Source: an uncultured Ignavibacteriaceae bacterium
GTDB lineage: Bacteria > Bacteroidota > Ignavibacteria > UBA10030
Direction of reading: 5' to 3'
Length of the DNA stretch: 64,000 bases
Assembly (NCBI GenBank): GCA_964362905.1
Contig: CAYIHQ010000001.1
Coordinates: 1,163-65,162 of the forward strand
Below the pieces are notes generated by a model that was given only the letters and a program-made list of their open reading frames with translations, did not search any database and was not told the origin of the DNA. Position numbers and translations under genes: made by a program. Shown in pieces: positions 1-8,265 of the stretch. The number at the start of each line of letters is the position of its first letter. Positions within the stretch are counted from its first letter, which is position 1.

Positions 1-387
1 CAGAACAGCCTTCTGCGATCGAAAGAGCGTCGTCAAAGCCTCTTTCTTCACGCGCTCTTCCTCTGTCTTCGGTAGGCGGTTCGCCTTGTAGTCCGGAGCG
101 CGCTCTTTCCGAAATCCTGGAACAGGGCTATCCCAGACCACCACACAGCGATCGGCACTCAGGCTCATCAACACACTCTGAATCACAGTGAGAGCCCCAA
201 AGACCCCACCTGTAGCTCGTCCATAAATCGACAGCTCTTGAAAGGCCGGAATATGCAAGATCCGATAGAGGTTATGATGGCCGTCGATTGCTACAAGACC
301 AGACACGAGAAAAGATGGCTCCTTTGTTTTTTGCAGGAAAAGGAAGTCGGATGTCCGTAGCTCTCCTACGGCACTATACGGAACCAC
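1..387 (-). CDS. 5'-3' exonuclease / flap endonuclease (Pol I N-terminal exonuclease family); only the N-terminal 129 codons are present because the gene runs off the left window edge
   Basis: Absent from the ORF track because it is open at the edge. Manual minus-strand translation gives GLVAIDGHHNLYRILH...GRATGGVFGA...CVVVWDSPVPGFRKERAPDYKANRLP. This matches the conserved FEN N-domain (compare Taq Pol I LVDGHHLAYR / AVYGF / VVFDAKAPSFRHEAYGGYKAGR). The start is tentatively the in-frame GTG at 387, which follows a stop at 424-426. Confidence 0.7.
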   Translation of the reverse strand, partial: MVPYSAVGELRTSDFLFLQKTKEPSFLVSGLVAIDGHHNLYRILHIPAFQELSIYGRATGGVFGALTVIQSVLMSLSADRCVVVWDSPVPGFRKERAPDYKANRLPKTEEERVKKEALTTLFRSQKAVL

Positions 388-480
388 CCAAGTTGTTCCA
401 GAAATGAGCAGCCTTTCTTTGTTTCATGCACCCTACAAGGCGTGTCTGTAAATCTCTCACAGCACCATACGAAAAGCTAC

Positions 481-1506
481 TCAAGAACTAATCACAGGAG
501 TCCATGCTGTCAAGCCGGTGTCAAACACAGAACCAGCATAGTGTCCCACGGATGTGGACACCAAGCGAAAAACCACACGCTTACCCACAGCACTAGCCGT
601 GGGCTTCACCGCAAACCACAGCTCAGATTCTTGACCTGAGAGCATGGCAGCACCGTTTGGTGTCGAATCCGAGTTGAAAGCACCGGCTACCCGAACACCA
701 CCCCCCGAGTTCGTCACGAACTCCGCGGTGTTGATCGTAGAGCCATCGGTTTTCGCCGTGTAGAGCACAAGCGTTGTCCAATCGAAGGCGCTACCACCCG
801 CGGGTGCTCCCCACGTCCCCGAGTAGTCTCCTAGCGTAGTGATCGCTTGACACTCAAGTGACGTAGCAGTAGTCGCCGGAGCGCCAGAGAAGCGCACGCG
901 AACCGCCAGCAAATAGCGTACGCCAGAGACCATGGAGGACAGAGGAACATCCGGGATGCCTGTAGCCCATGGCACTGCTGTGTCAGTAGTCCACCTGTAG
1001 CTCAATACCTCCACCAAGCCGGAAGCTACATCACCTTTTGAGGAGAGAGTAAGAGCTTGATTCAGGAGCCCGAACGCACCTTTGCAAACGAGAGACTTCG
1101 TGACACTACCAGAGACCAACCCCTTGGTCAACAAATTGGTCTCCTTGCGAGCCAGAGCATAGCCTTTGCTTGACAAAGAGACCTGCCGTTGGGGCGCGAC
1201 CTGGGATTGAAACTGAAGCAGCGTCGCTGAGGGATAGGTCACCACCCCAGAGGCAGAGACCGCAGCTTGGGGTGACACCAACCGATCATAGACCGTAGCC
1301 GCTGATTTCGGAAGGGTTATCAGGGAAGAAATTGCACGATGCTGGCGGCGCAATGCTTCATCGAAGTCTCCCACTTTCTCCGCGGTGATCGTTGAGGACG
1401 TGGGCACAACGCTGGGCAGCGACTCCGTAGCACTCAGCAGCTCCTCCGGAAGCTGCGCTTTCGGATTCACAGAGAGAAGAGGGGGTACCGAAGGAAGATC
1501 AGCCAT
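481..1506 (-). CDS. fibre-like structural protein (N-terminal tail, short S-K-G pseudo-repeat shaft, C-terminal globular domain); function inferred
   Basis: 341-aa ORF starting 4 nt after the upstream stop. Residues ~109-165 carry LSSKGYAL, LLTKGLVS, LVCKGAFG and LSSKGDVA. This is the same unit repeated about 30 times at the C-terminus of the 2436-aa protein. The C-terminal half is Gly/Thr/Ser-rich, beta-type sequence. Confidence 0.55.
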   Translation of the reverse strand: MADLPSVPPLLSVNPKAQLPEELLSATESLPSVVPTSSTITAEKVGDFDEALRRQHRAISSLITLPKSAATVYDRLVSPQAAVSASGVVTYPSATLLQFQSQVAPQRQVSLSSKGYALARKETNLLTKGLVSGSVTKSLVCKGAFGLLNQALTLSSKGDVASGLVEVLSYRWTTDTAVPWATGIPDVPLSSMVSGVRYLLAVRVRFSGAPATTATSLECQAITTLGDYSGTWGAPAGGSAFDWTTLVLYTAKTDGSTINTAEFVTNSGGGVRVAGAFNSDSTPNGAAMLSGQESELWFAVKPTASAVGKRVVFRLVSTSVGHYAGSVFDTGLTAWTPVISS

Positions 1507-1510
1507 GGCC

Positions 1511-1696
1511 TCACAATCTCACTGCTCGCCGGAGGACGGCATCCCGGATCTCGTCGGATGCACATTGGATCCCCTCGGTCACCACCTGGTTCTCCGGCCG
1601 TAGGAACGCCGGCAGCGGCTCGCCAGAGTTGAGTTCGCGCTCCATCATGCGCCGGATCCGAGCCACGTTCTCGCAGTAATCCCTGTCGGGTTTCAC
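1511..1696 (-). CDS. hypothetical protein (61 aa)
   Basis: ORF in the operon orientation. Its start makes an ATGA overlap with the stop of the upstream ORF (1693-1696), and the next gene starts 4 nt after its stop. Confidence 0.5.
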   Translation of the reverse strand: MKPDRDYCENVARIRRMMERELNSGEPLPAFLRPENQVVTEGIQCASDEIRDAVLRRAVRL

Positions 1697-1920
1697 AAGT
1701 AGATAACCTTTACCTCTTCATCGGGCTGCATCGACAGCATATCCCGAGTGAGATCCACAATCTCTCTCTCCTTCCACTCACCCACATTCTCATCGTGAGC
1801 CATGCTAACCGCGGGACGCCCCGGCAACTGGTACTCCCATCGGAGGGAGCCGTCGTCGTCCACGAGTGCTCGAACGTACAGATAGCGAGGTTCCGGTTCC
1901 TCCGTCGCAACGCTAGACAT
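1693..1920 (-). CDS. hypothetical acidic protein (75 aa)
   Basis: The track ORF 1693-1983 was trimmed to the internal ATG at 1920 (MSSVATEEPEP...), which lies 2 nt after the RecA-like stop at 1913-1915. The longer version would overlap the recombinase gene. Confidence 0.5.
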   Translation of the reverse strand: MSSVATEEPEPRYLYVRALVDDDGSLRWEYQLPGRPAVSMAHDENVGEWKEREIVDLTRDMLSMQPDEEVKVIYL

Positions 1921-3076
1921 GGATAAGCCTCTGAAGCTCTGACAGAAGATGGGAGCGTAGCCCCGGTACGGTGGACAAAACATTTGGCCACCCCTTGTAC
2001 TGAAACGATACAGGCTCCATCAAACCCGGATGCACCACCTGATACCAGCTCCCTCCCTTTTTTGTGATGATCGTATGGCCATCCTTTGAGAGGAAGAAGT
2101 CTAGTATAGCCAGGTCATCGTCGATCCCAACGGAGAAACGAATCGGGATCTCGACATCGAAAGTCGGCGGACAGATTGAGCTTTTCCTGCACTTCACTCT
2201 GGTGGTAATCCCCTGCTTCTCCTGCCCCTCCATCAAGTCCCCTGACTTCCGGATCTCCAATCGGAGCGTGGAGTGAAACTTGAGCCCGCGACCACCCGAG
2301 GATTCTACCATAGGATAGGGGCTACCAATCTTGTCGTAGACCTGGTTGATGATGAGGCAGGTTACATTGTGGGTCGCCAGCCTGCCCGTCATCTTGCGCA
2401 TTGCAGAACGGACCTTCCTCGCCTTGCTGGCAATACCATCCCGCAAGCCATCCCCCTCCATCTCTGCCTCGATGGGAGCACTGGCCAGGGAGTCCCAGAC
2501 CACGAGCACAGGAACATCCGGTCGTCGGAAGTAAGCATTCTTTCCGATGCGGTCGATCACCCGGTCCAGCTCTGCAAGAGCGTCCTCCACCGTGATGGTG
2601 TCCTTACCCTCCTTTGGCATGATGCGGACGATCCCAGAGACATTCAGGCCCTGTGCCTGCGCCCGATCCACCGGCCACTTGAACTCGCTGTCAATGAGAA
2701 TCCCTAACCCTGGAAGGAGCTTCGCACCGCTCGGACGAGGCATCCAAATCTTGACACCAGCAGATACCTCTTCCTCTACCCACGTCAAGAGTGTGCCCGC
2801 CCCACGCTGACAGGAGATCAACGCGCTCGTGGCCATGGTGGTCTTTCCCGTGCCCTCCACCCCATACAGCTCGGTGAAGCGCCCCATAGGGTAGCCCCCG
2901 GCCACACCCTGGCCAATCGCTGCATCCAGCACAGCACACCCGGTCGAGATGTAGCCACGAAGATCATTTGTGGCCTGAGATGGTCCCACAGAGATATCCA
3001 GCCCCTCCAACTCAGCCGCCAGGGACCCAAAGTCATAGGTCTCTGGCGGCGGTGCCTCTGGTTCCTTCTTGGCCAT
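1913..3076 (-). CDS. RecA-family recombinase (RecA/UvsX-like)
   Basis: ISTGCAVLDAAIG..GGYPMGRFTELYGVEGTGKTTMA matches the RecA Walker A region. NQVYDKIGSPYPMVESSGGRGLKFHSTLRLEIRK resembles RecA INQIR.K.G.....ETT.GG.ALKFYASVRLDIRR. The start is set to the ATG at 3076 (MAKKEPE...), which makes a TGATG overlap with the SSB stop. Confidence 0.8.
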   Translation of the reverse strand: MAKKEPEAPPPETYDFGSLAAELEGLDISVGPSQATNDLRGYISTGCAVLDAAIGQGVAGGYPMGRFTELYGVEGTGKTTMATSALISCQRGAGTLLTWVEEEVSAGVKIWMPRPSGAKLLPGLGILIDSEFKWPVDRAQAQGLNVSGIVRIMPKEGKDTITVEDALAELDRVIDRIGKNAYFRRPDVPVLVVWDSLASAPIEAEMEGDGLRDGIASKARKVRSAMRKMTGRLATHNVTCLIINQVYDKIGSPYPMVESSGGRGLKFHSTLRLEIRKSGDLMEGQEKQGITTRVKCRKSSICPPTFDVEIPIRFSVGIDDDLAILDFFLSKDGHTIITKKGGSWYQVVHPGLMEPVSFQYKGWPNVLSTVPGLRSHLLSELQRLIHV

Positions 3077-4230
3077 CAGGCGTTCTCGAAGAAACAGGGC
3101 AGGGCGAACGCGCAGATAGCGCACTGCGGATCCGTCGCGTTCCCCGCATCACATCCGGGGTTGCGCTGGCCAAACTGCTTGTAGCACACGGGATTCCCCG
3201 TCGTGGGGTCGATCGCGGGGGCACCTATCTGGGACGGGGACTGGACCACAGCAGCAGAGGGCGTGGGCTGGGAGGGTGCGAGATTCGGTGGGGCGACCAC
3301 CTTTGCTGGCGCAGACTTCGGAGGAGGAGGAGGAGGAGGAGGAGGTGGTGGTGAACTAGCCGCTGACGCCGCACGCCGCTCCGGTGTCTGCGCAACCCGC
3401 TGTGTCAAGCTGGCTAGGCTTCCCTCGGTCACGCCCTTCCCGAGATCCGAGCTGAGCGGACCAAACTGTCGCCCCCACTGCACCATCAGCTCCGCGGCAA
3501 CGACCTGCTTGGCCAGCCGCGCATCGTCCAACAGCGTCCACTTCTCCAGGTCGATCAGATCGCTGAGCAGCTTGTCCGTCTCCTCCACACTCGACGCCGC
3601 CGGCCCCCAGTTCCCGGGCTTCACCGAGCAGGAGTACCTCGTGTCGAGCCCCTCGCCCGTACGAGTCACGATCAGATCAGCACCATTGTAGGGGTCCACC
3701 CACAGCCCAAACTGCGGATTCATAATGCTAGTCTGCACGTAGTTGTAGAGATCGCTTGGTCCCTCCAGCAGCACGATCTTGCCAAACAGCTCCTGCTCCT
3801 GCGGAGCATTGCCAGGATCCATGCAGACTCGCAGAATCGCATTGAAGAGCGCTCTGGGCTTGGCCCGCTGACGCTTCAACTGATCCTCCGGGACCACGCC
3901 CTCGATCTTGTCGTAGGCCACACAGATGGAGCACGACTCGTAGCGCTCAGGATCCGTGTTGCGACCACACAGATGAATGCCCTTCGATTCGCCACCCCAG
4001 TAGAGAAAGTGCTTGTACTGAAGCTTTCCCAGCAGCCCCCGACGAAGCAGAGCCTCATTACCAGGGGGGAGAATGCGCAGCACCGAAGTACCCTTCAGGG
4101 GAGAGAAAAACGCAGTCCTTCCCCCACGCTCATCCAGCTTCCTCTGGATATCCTCTGCCTGCTGCTGCGCCGCCTCCAAATTGAACATCGCCGCGAAGTG
4201 ACTTGCACCCTTCTTTTGCATCTCTGCCAT
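3076..4230 (-). CDS. T4 gp32-like single-stranded DNA-binding protein with a poly-proline linker and a Cys-rich C-terminal tail
   Basis: The layout parallels gp32: VLRILPPGNE (gp32 VIRFLPS), a zinc-site-like HLCGRNTDPERYESCSICV, RAKPRALFNAILRV, and GADLIVTRTGEGLDTRYSCSV. An AAGAGG Shine-Dalgarno lies 6 nt upstream of the ATG. A run of 11 Pro is followed by NPVCYKQFGQRNPGCDAGNATDPQCAICAFALPC. Confidence 0.65.
   Translation of the reverse strand: MAEMQKKGASHFAAMFNLEAAQQQAEDIQRKLDERGGRTAFFSPLKGTSVLRILPPGNEALLRRGLLGKLQYKHFLYWGGESKGIHLCGRNTDPERYESCSICVAYDKIEGVVPEDQLKRQRAKPRALFNAILRVCMDPGNAPQEQELFGKIVLLEGPSDLYNYVQTSIMNPQFGLWVDPYNGADLIVTRTGEGLDTRYSCSVKPGNWGPAASSVEETDKLLSDLIDLEKWTLLDDARLAKQVVAAELMVQWGRQFGPLSSDLGKGVTEGSLASLTQRVAQTPERRAASAASSPPPPPPPPPPPKSAPAKVVAPPNLAPSQPTPSAAVVQSPSQIGAPAIDPTTGNPVCYKQFGQRNPGCDAGNATDPQCAICAFALPCFFENA
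3320..3352. repeat. trinucleotide microsatellite (GGA)8(GGT)3 encoding the poly-Pro run of the SSB
   Basis: Read directly from the sequence: ggaggaggaggaggaggaggaggaggtggtggt. On the minus strand it gives CCA/CCT proline codons. Confidence 0.9.
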
Positions 4231-4269
4231 GTTTGCCTCTTTGTCTCTTGTTGTTCGTTTTCAGTTCTT

Positions 4270-4764
4270 TCAGCCATCGGCTTTCAGAGCCGCACGATCG
4301 TTCCGCGTGATCTCGATGAGCACTTCTTGTCGTTCTCGTAGAGCCTCCCGCAGTTCCTGGAATAACCCATACAATTCCTCAGCTTGGGTGACCTTAGCGC
4401 ACAAGGCATTATATTGCTCGTCCAAATCACCTAGCTGGGAAACAGCAGATTCCGTGACCTTGATGCCGCCAGTTGTCAACTCATTACGAGCATCCGTCAA
4501 CGCTCTGGCGTAGTCTTTTTTCTTCTCCTGCGCTAGCGACTTAGCAATAGCAGCATATTTTACCTTCAGAAAGCCGCACAGGACAGAAGCATCGTTAGTT
4601 ACGAGAAGATGCGCGTCCTCCACATGGGGCACATCTACTGTTAGAGACAGACCACGGAGCAAGCGCACGAGTAGTGCAGCATCATCAAGCACCAATACGC
4701 TATTGGCGCGTACGTGCCCAACAATGGTCGCCAGATCACCCGTTGTCAATACCTCGCACTTCAT
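4270..4764 (-). CDS. hypothetical protein with a coiled-coil-like C-terminal half (164 aa)
   Basis: The track ORF was trimmed to the ATG at 4764 (MKCEVLTTG...), which makes an ATGA overlap with the upstream stop (4761-4763). The C-terminus is Glu/Leu/Ala/Arg-rich. Confidence 0.55.
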   Translation of the reverse strand: MKCEVLTTGDLATIVGHVRANSVLVLDDAALLVRLLRGLSLTVDVPHVEDAHLLVTNDASVLCGFLKVKYAAIAKSLAQEKKKDYARALTDARNELTTGGIKVTESAVSQLGDLDEQYNALCAKVTQAEELYGLFQELREALRERQEVLIEITRNDRAALKADG

Positions 4765-5129
4765 ACCCCCGTCTCCCCCCACTGCGCCAGCAGCGCCTTC
4801 GCCAGCGCCGTGCCGAGATCTTCCTCATCGCTAGCCAGAATCGTGCCATGGCGGAGCACACTCCACACGAAACGGCTACCCTCGTTTGCGCAGTGGATGC
4901 TGAGCGGCCAATCCACCATCGCCAGTAGGCCGCCGCATGTCGCGGGGTCGTCGAGAGCGGGATAGTGCCAGGCGTCACAACGATGACCAGTCGGGGCATC
5001 ACCATCTAGCCGCCCCCATTCCTTGGCGTTAGGATCGTCCGTCGCGGCGTACGTACCATCCACCCATAGCCACCTGGGATGCGCGGCCAGGCGCTTCGCC
5101 AGCTCGATCTGCTCTGGGGTCATACTCAT
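4761..5129 (-). CDS. hypothetical protein (122 aa)
   Basis: ORF whose start makes an ATGA overlap with the PolA stop (5126-5129). No recognisable motif. Confidence 0.55.
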   Translation of the reverse strand: MSMTPEQIELAKRLAAHPRWLWVDGTYAATDDPNAKEWGRLDGDAPTGHRCDAWHYPALDDPATCGGLLAMVDWPLSIHCANEGSRFVWSVLRHGTILASDEEDLGTALAKALLAQWGETGV

Positions 5130-8100
5130 CGGGGAGCGAGCTTCAAGCTCGCTGTGACCTCATCTATACCATCCTTGCCACGGCTCCGGATGATCTTTTC
5201 CGGAAAAACTTTCCAGGTGAGGCCCAGGCGGTGGACAATAGGTGTCAGCAGCGACAGCTTACCCGATAGCATCAAGAAATCCCCTTCGAGATGCACCTTC
5301 ATCTGATCGCACCAATTCAAGCCCATTGTAAAATCCACAGCAAGTGGCACGTTCAGCCAGGGGTAGATCACAGGCAGCTTGTCCTGCATTTCTTCTCGAA
5401 GTATTTTGAGTGCAGAAAGAAGCTCTAATCCTTGAACATCATAGAGACCAGAATCATGTACGGAGCCGAAGACCACACTCGACAAGCCCTCTCGACGAAA
5501 GCGATAAGCTACTCGGGAGACGCTTCCGAGAGTAATGTCAGACCCTAGACCCTGAATTGGCGTGTTCACAGCGCAGCGCAAAGCATGCGCTATTTTCCTC
5601 TGAACTCCAGAGTCAAGATCCTCCTGCAAAAAGCGGATTCTTCCTACCTTAGAGATACAGACCTTGTATTTCCTAGCAAACTTGTGCTGATCTGCTATCC
5701 ACTTCTTTATCAGTGGAGCAGAGTTCAGAAAGTCGTCCTTGATCTTGGCTGCCGCAGCCTCCGTCAATCCGGTACGATCCGCGATGCTGGAGGCTTCCGA
5801 ACCATAGAGCAGCCCGAAGATCGTAGCCTTCGCCAACTGACGCTGCTCCTCCGTGACATCCCCCAGGGCTACCCCATAGGTCTTGGCCGCCGCAGATCGG
5901 TGCGGATCCTCACCCCTGATGAAAACATCACGCAGGTCACGATCGCCAGACTCCACCACGAACAAGCGTACCTCTAGCTGGCTGTAGTCGCCGCAGACTA
6001 CAAATCCATCGGGAGAGCGTGAAATGAAAATGCGCTTGATTACACTCTTGCGCGGTACCGTGTGCAGTGGTGGTTCCCGTGTACTCAACCTCCCCGTGAC
6101 CGTACCATCCTGATAGTAGTTCGTGTGCATGTACCACAACCCGGTCCTCGGCTCGAACTCACGGGTCGGGTAATTTGATGTCTCATCCTCCAGCGTACGA
6201 ACCTTGATGTAGTTAGGTAGGCTTTTCGCATACGCTGTGTAGAGCTTAGACGCCTTCGCATAGGAGAGCAGAGCACGGAGCACCGCCGCATGCTCTTCCA
6301 GACCCTGCAAAGCACAGTACTCCAGTGCCTCTTCCTTTGCCTCACGATCTGTAGTACCTCCCCCTGGAAGCCGCATGATCGTCCAGAGAAGGAGCGCAAC
6401 TTGCTGGGGGCTGGCTGGGTTGAGATCCTGATAGATCCATTCCGGCTGCTCCAAGTCGATATCCATCTCACCCGTGGGGAGCATCTTCCGTTTCGCACGC
6501 AAATCGCTACCGTGGCAGGCCAAGCAGCATTCTACGGCAGCCCGCTCAAAACGAGGCTCTGAGTACCACCCGCAGGAATTACATAGATAGTAGCCAGCAG
6601 ATTTCTTTCTCTGCTTCCTTCTCTTTTTGTTCTCTTTCTTGGTCCTCTCTTGCCAAGGTGCATGAAACCTGGATGAATGCACAATCGCAAGCTGCTCCGA
6701 CATTTCTTTGTACAGAGATGCTTCTAGGAGAGGCAGCTCCTTGTAATCCAGTGGCGCCCCCGCGATCTCCATGTCCACTACGCAGCGCCACGGCTGCATG
6801 TAGAGACCTAGAAATGCTTCATACAGGTTGCGATAGTGCTGCTTTCCCGCACGACCGTAGCTGCTGTAATCTTCTGCTCGCAGCAGCTCTCGAAGAATCG
6901 GATATAGTCGAAGAGTGGTCTCGGCGTCGTCGCACCCATAGCGTACCAGGAGATCCCTGGGAGCGCATGAGAAGTCGAGCTGCTTCCCCGGTGCCCTCAT
7001 GGCATCCAAAGCATTCGTAATGAGGCTCTTATGCGATGCCTGCCCCAGGTAACGAGTAATTAGGTAGTCCAGATCATTCGGCTGCGAGCCACCCCACAGA
7101 CAATGGTGCGCCAGGAGCACGTCAAACACTAGCTTCTCGACTCGAAGACCCAGCTTGCAGTAGAGCCAGAGATAGTCCCCCTTGAAGTTCTGGCCAGCGA
7201 CGGGAACTCGATCAAACACCTTCTTTAGCTGGTCACAAAGCACCCGGATTCCTAGAGCGGACGCGAATGCCGATCCCTCCAAGATCACAGGGATGAACAC
7301 CGCCTCACCCGGGCCGCTGGAGACCTGAATAGAGATAATCGTATAGCGCGGATCCCAAGGCGTAGGCTTCTCCCCATAAGGAGTATTCGTCTCCAAGTCC
7401 ACACCGATGGCCCCGTAAATCAAGGCACCCGCAGCGTAGCGTGACACCAGATCATCCGCCCAAGCAACTAGCTCCTCGTGGCTTCCTATCTCCCTATAGT
7501 TCCTAGCCGTCTCCTTCGGCAGTCCCTCCGTTGCTACACGAAGCGCGAGCGCCAAGTCATTAGCCAGATCCGCTCTAGCCCTCTCATTCCCTCGCAGAAT
7601 GTAAGCTGGATGCCAAGAGGGAATAACTGGGATGTTGAAAACCAGTGCCTTTCCCTCTGCATCCACTAGATCGGTACCGAAGGACACAACCTTCGGTCTC
7701 CCACGGATCTCCCCCATCTTGGCCTGTAACCCGGTCAGCACGCGAGTAGCAGGCTTCCCCAGGGTTACAATGACCTTGGGTCGCAGATTCTGAATCTCAT
7801 TCCACAGGTAGTCCACACAGGCGATGATCTCCGTGTCCGTCGGCTCCCGATTATCAGGAGGACGACACTTCACCACGTTAGTGATGTAGACCTGGGACTG
7901 AGACAATCCGACCTGAGATAGCAGCTCATCCAAGAGCTGCCCAGAAGGCCCCACAAAGGGAGCACCCTGTCGGTCCTCGTGATAACCCGGCGCCTCCCCC
8001 ACGATGAGAACGGAAGCCTGTTCCGAGCCCCGCCCCCGCAAGCACACATGGCTCACCCCCTTGGAGAGCGCACAACGAGAGCACCCGTGGTCATAGCAAG

Positions 8101-8173
8101 CAGCAACCCAACTAGGCAAGGCAGTTACTTGCATACCGTCTCTTTGTGTGCCATCACTCCAAGACGGGGCCAC
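5126..8173 (-). CDS. polA: fusion protein: family-4 uracil-DNA glycosylase-like domain + 3'-5' exonuclease + family A DNA polymerase
   Basis: UDG4 motifs are present: GEAPGYHEDRQGAPFVGPSG, VVKCRPP, SWHPAYILR. The Exo I motif is IGVDLETN. PolA motifs are: motif A DYSQLEVR, motif B RQLAKATIFGLLYG, NTPIQGLGSD, and motif C SVHDSG. The start is a GTG at 8173; the ATG at 8134 is an alternative. Confidence 0.9.
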   Translation of the reverse strand: MAPSWSDGTQRDGMQVTALPSWVAACYDHGCSRCALSKGVSHVCLRGRGSEQASVLIVGEAPGYHEDRQGAPFVGPSGQLLDELLSQVGLSQSQVYITNVVKCRPPDNREPTDTEIIACVDYLWNEIQNLRPKVIVTLGKPATRVLTGLQAKMGEIRGRPKVVSFGTDLVDAEGKALVFNIPVIPSWHPAYILRGNERARADLANDLALALRVATEGLPKETARNYREIGSHEELVAWADDLVSRYAAGALIYGAIGVDLETNTPYGEKPTPWDPRYTIISIQVSSGPGEAVFIPVILEGSAFASALGIRVLCDQLKKVFDRVPVAGQNFKGDYLWLYCKLGLRVEKLVFDVLLAHHCLWGGSQPNDLDYLITRYLGQASHKSLITNALDAMRAPGKQLDFSCAPRDLLVRYGCDDAETTLRLYPILRELLRAEDYSSYGRAGKQHYRNLYEAFLGLYMQPWRCVVDMEIAGAPLDYKELPLLEASLYKEMSEQLAIVHSSRFHAPWQERTKKENKKRRKQRKKSAGYYLCNSCGWYSEPRFERAAVECCLACHGSDLRAKRKMLPTGEMDIDLEQPEWIYQDLNPASPQQVALLLWTIMRLPGGGTTDREAKEEALEYCALQGLEEHAAVLRALLSYAKASKLYTAYAKSLPNYIKVRTLEDETSNYPTREFEPRTGLWYMHTNYYQDGTVTGRLSTREPPLHTVPRKSVIKRIFISRSPDGFVVCGDYSQLEVRLFVVESGDRDLRDVFIRGEDPHRSAAAKTYGVALGDVTEEQRQLAKATIFGLLYGSEASSIADRTGLTEAAAAKIKDDFLNSAPLIKKWIADQHKFARKYKVCISKVGRIRFLQEDLDSGVQRKIAHALRCAVNTPIQGLGSDITLGSVSRVAYRFRREGLSSVVFGSVHDSGLYDVQGLELLSALKILREEMQDKLPVIYPWLNVPLAVDFTMGLNWCDQMKVHLEGDFLMLSGKLSLLTPIVHRLGLTWKVFPEKIIRSRGKDGIDEVTASLKLAPR

Positions 8174-8200
8174 ACTTTAGGTGTTGGTATTGAGAAAGAA

Positions 8201-8254
8201 GTGCGGCTCACCTTCCGTTCAACAACTCTCGCCCAGTTTTTGGGTGAGCCGCAC
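8201..8254 (-). promoter_or_regulatory. perfect 12-bp inverted repeat (GTGCGGCTCACC / GGTGAGCCGCAC) with a 30-nt loop, in the gap between the DUF932-like gene and polA
   Basis: The arms are at 8201-8212 and 8243-8254. On the minus strand the hairpin is followed by TTCTTTCTC. It could be a terminator or attenuator, an RNA processing site, or a protein-binding site. Confidence 0.4.
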
Positions 8255-8265
8255 CTTTGGTGTTC

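Noticed and set aside
1913-3124. N-terminal extensions of track ORFs (for example 1913-3124, 4270-4782, 11466-11963, 17940-18776, 38417-39064, 54845-55708, 56782-57597)
   Set aside because: The extended parts overlap the upstream gene in another frame and have junk-like composition. Internal ATGs sit at or next to the upstream stop (ATGA/TGATG), so the shorter models were used.
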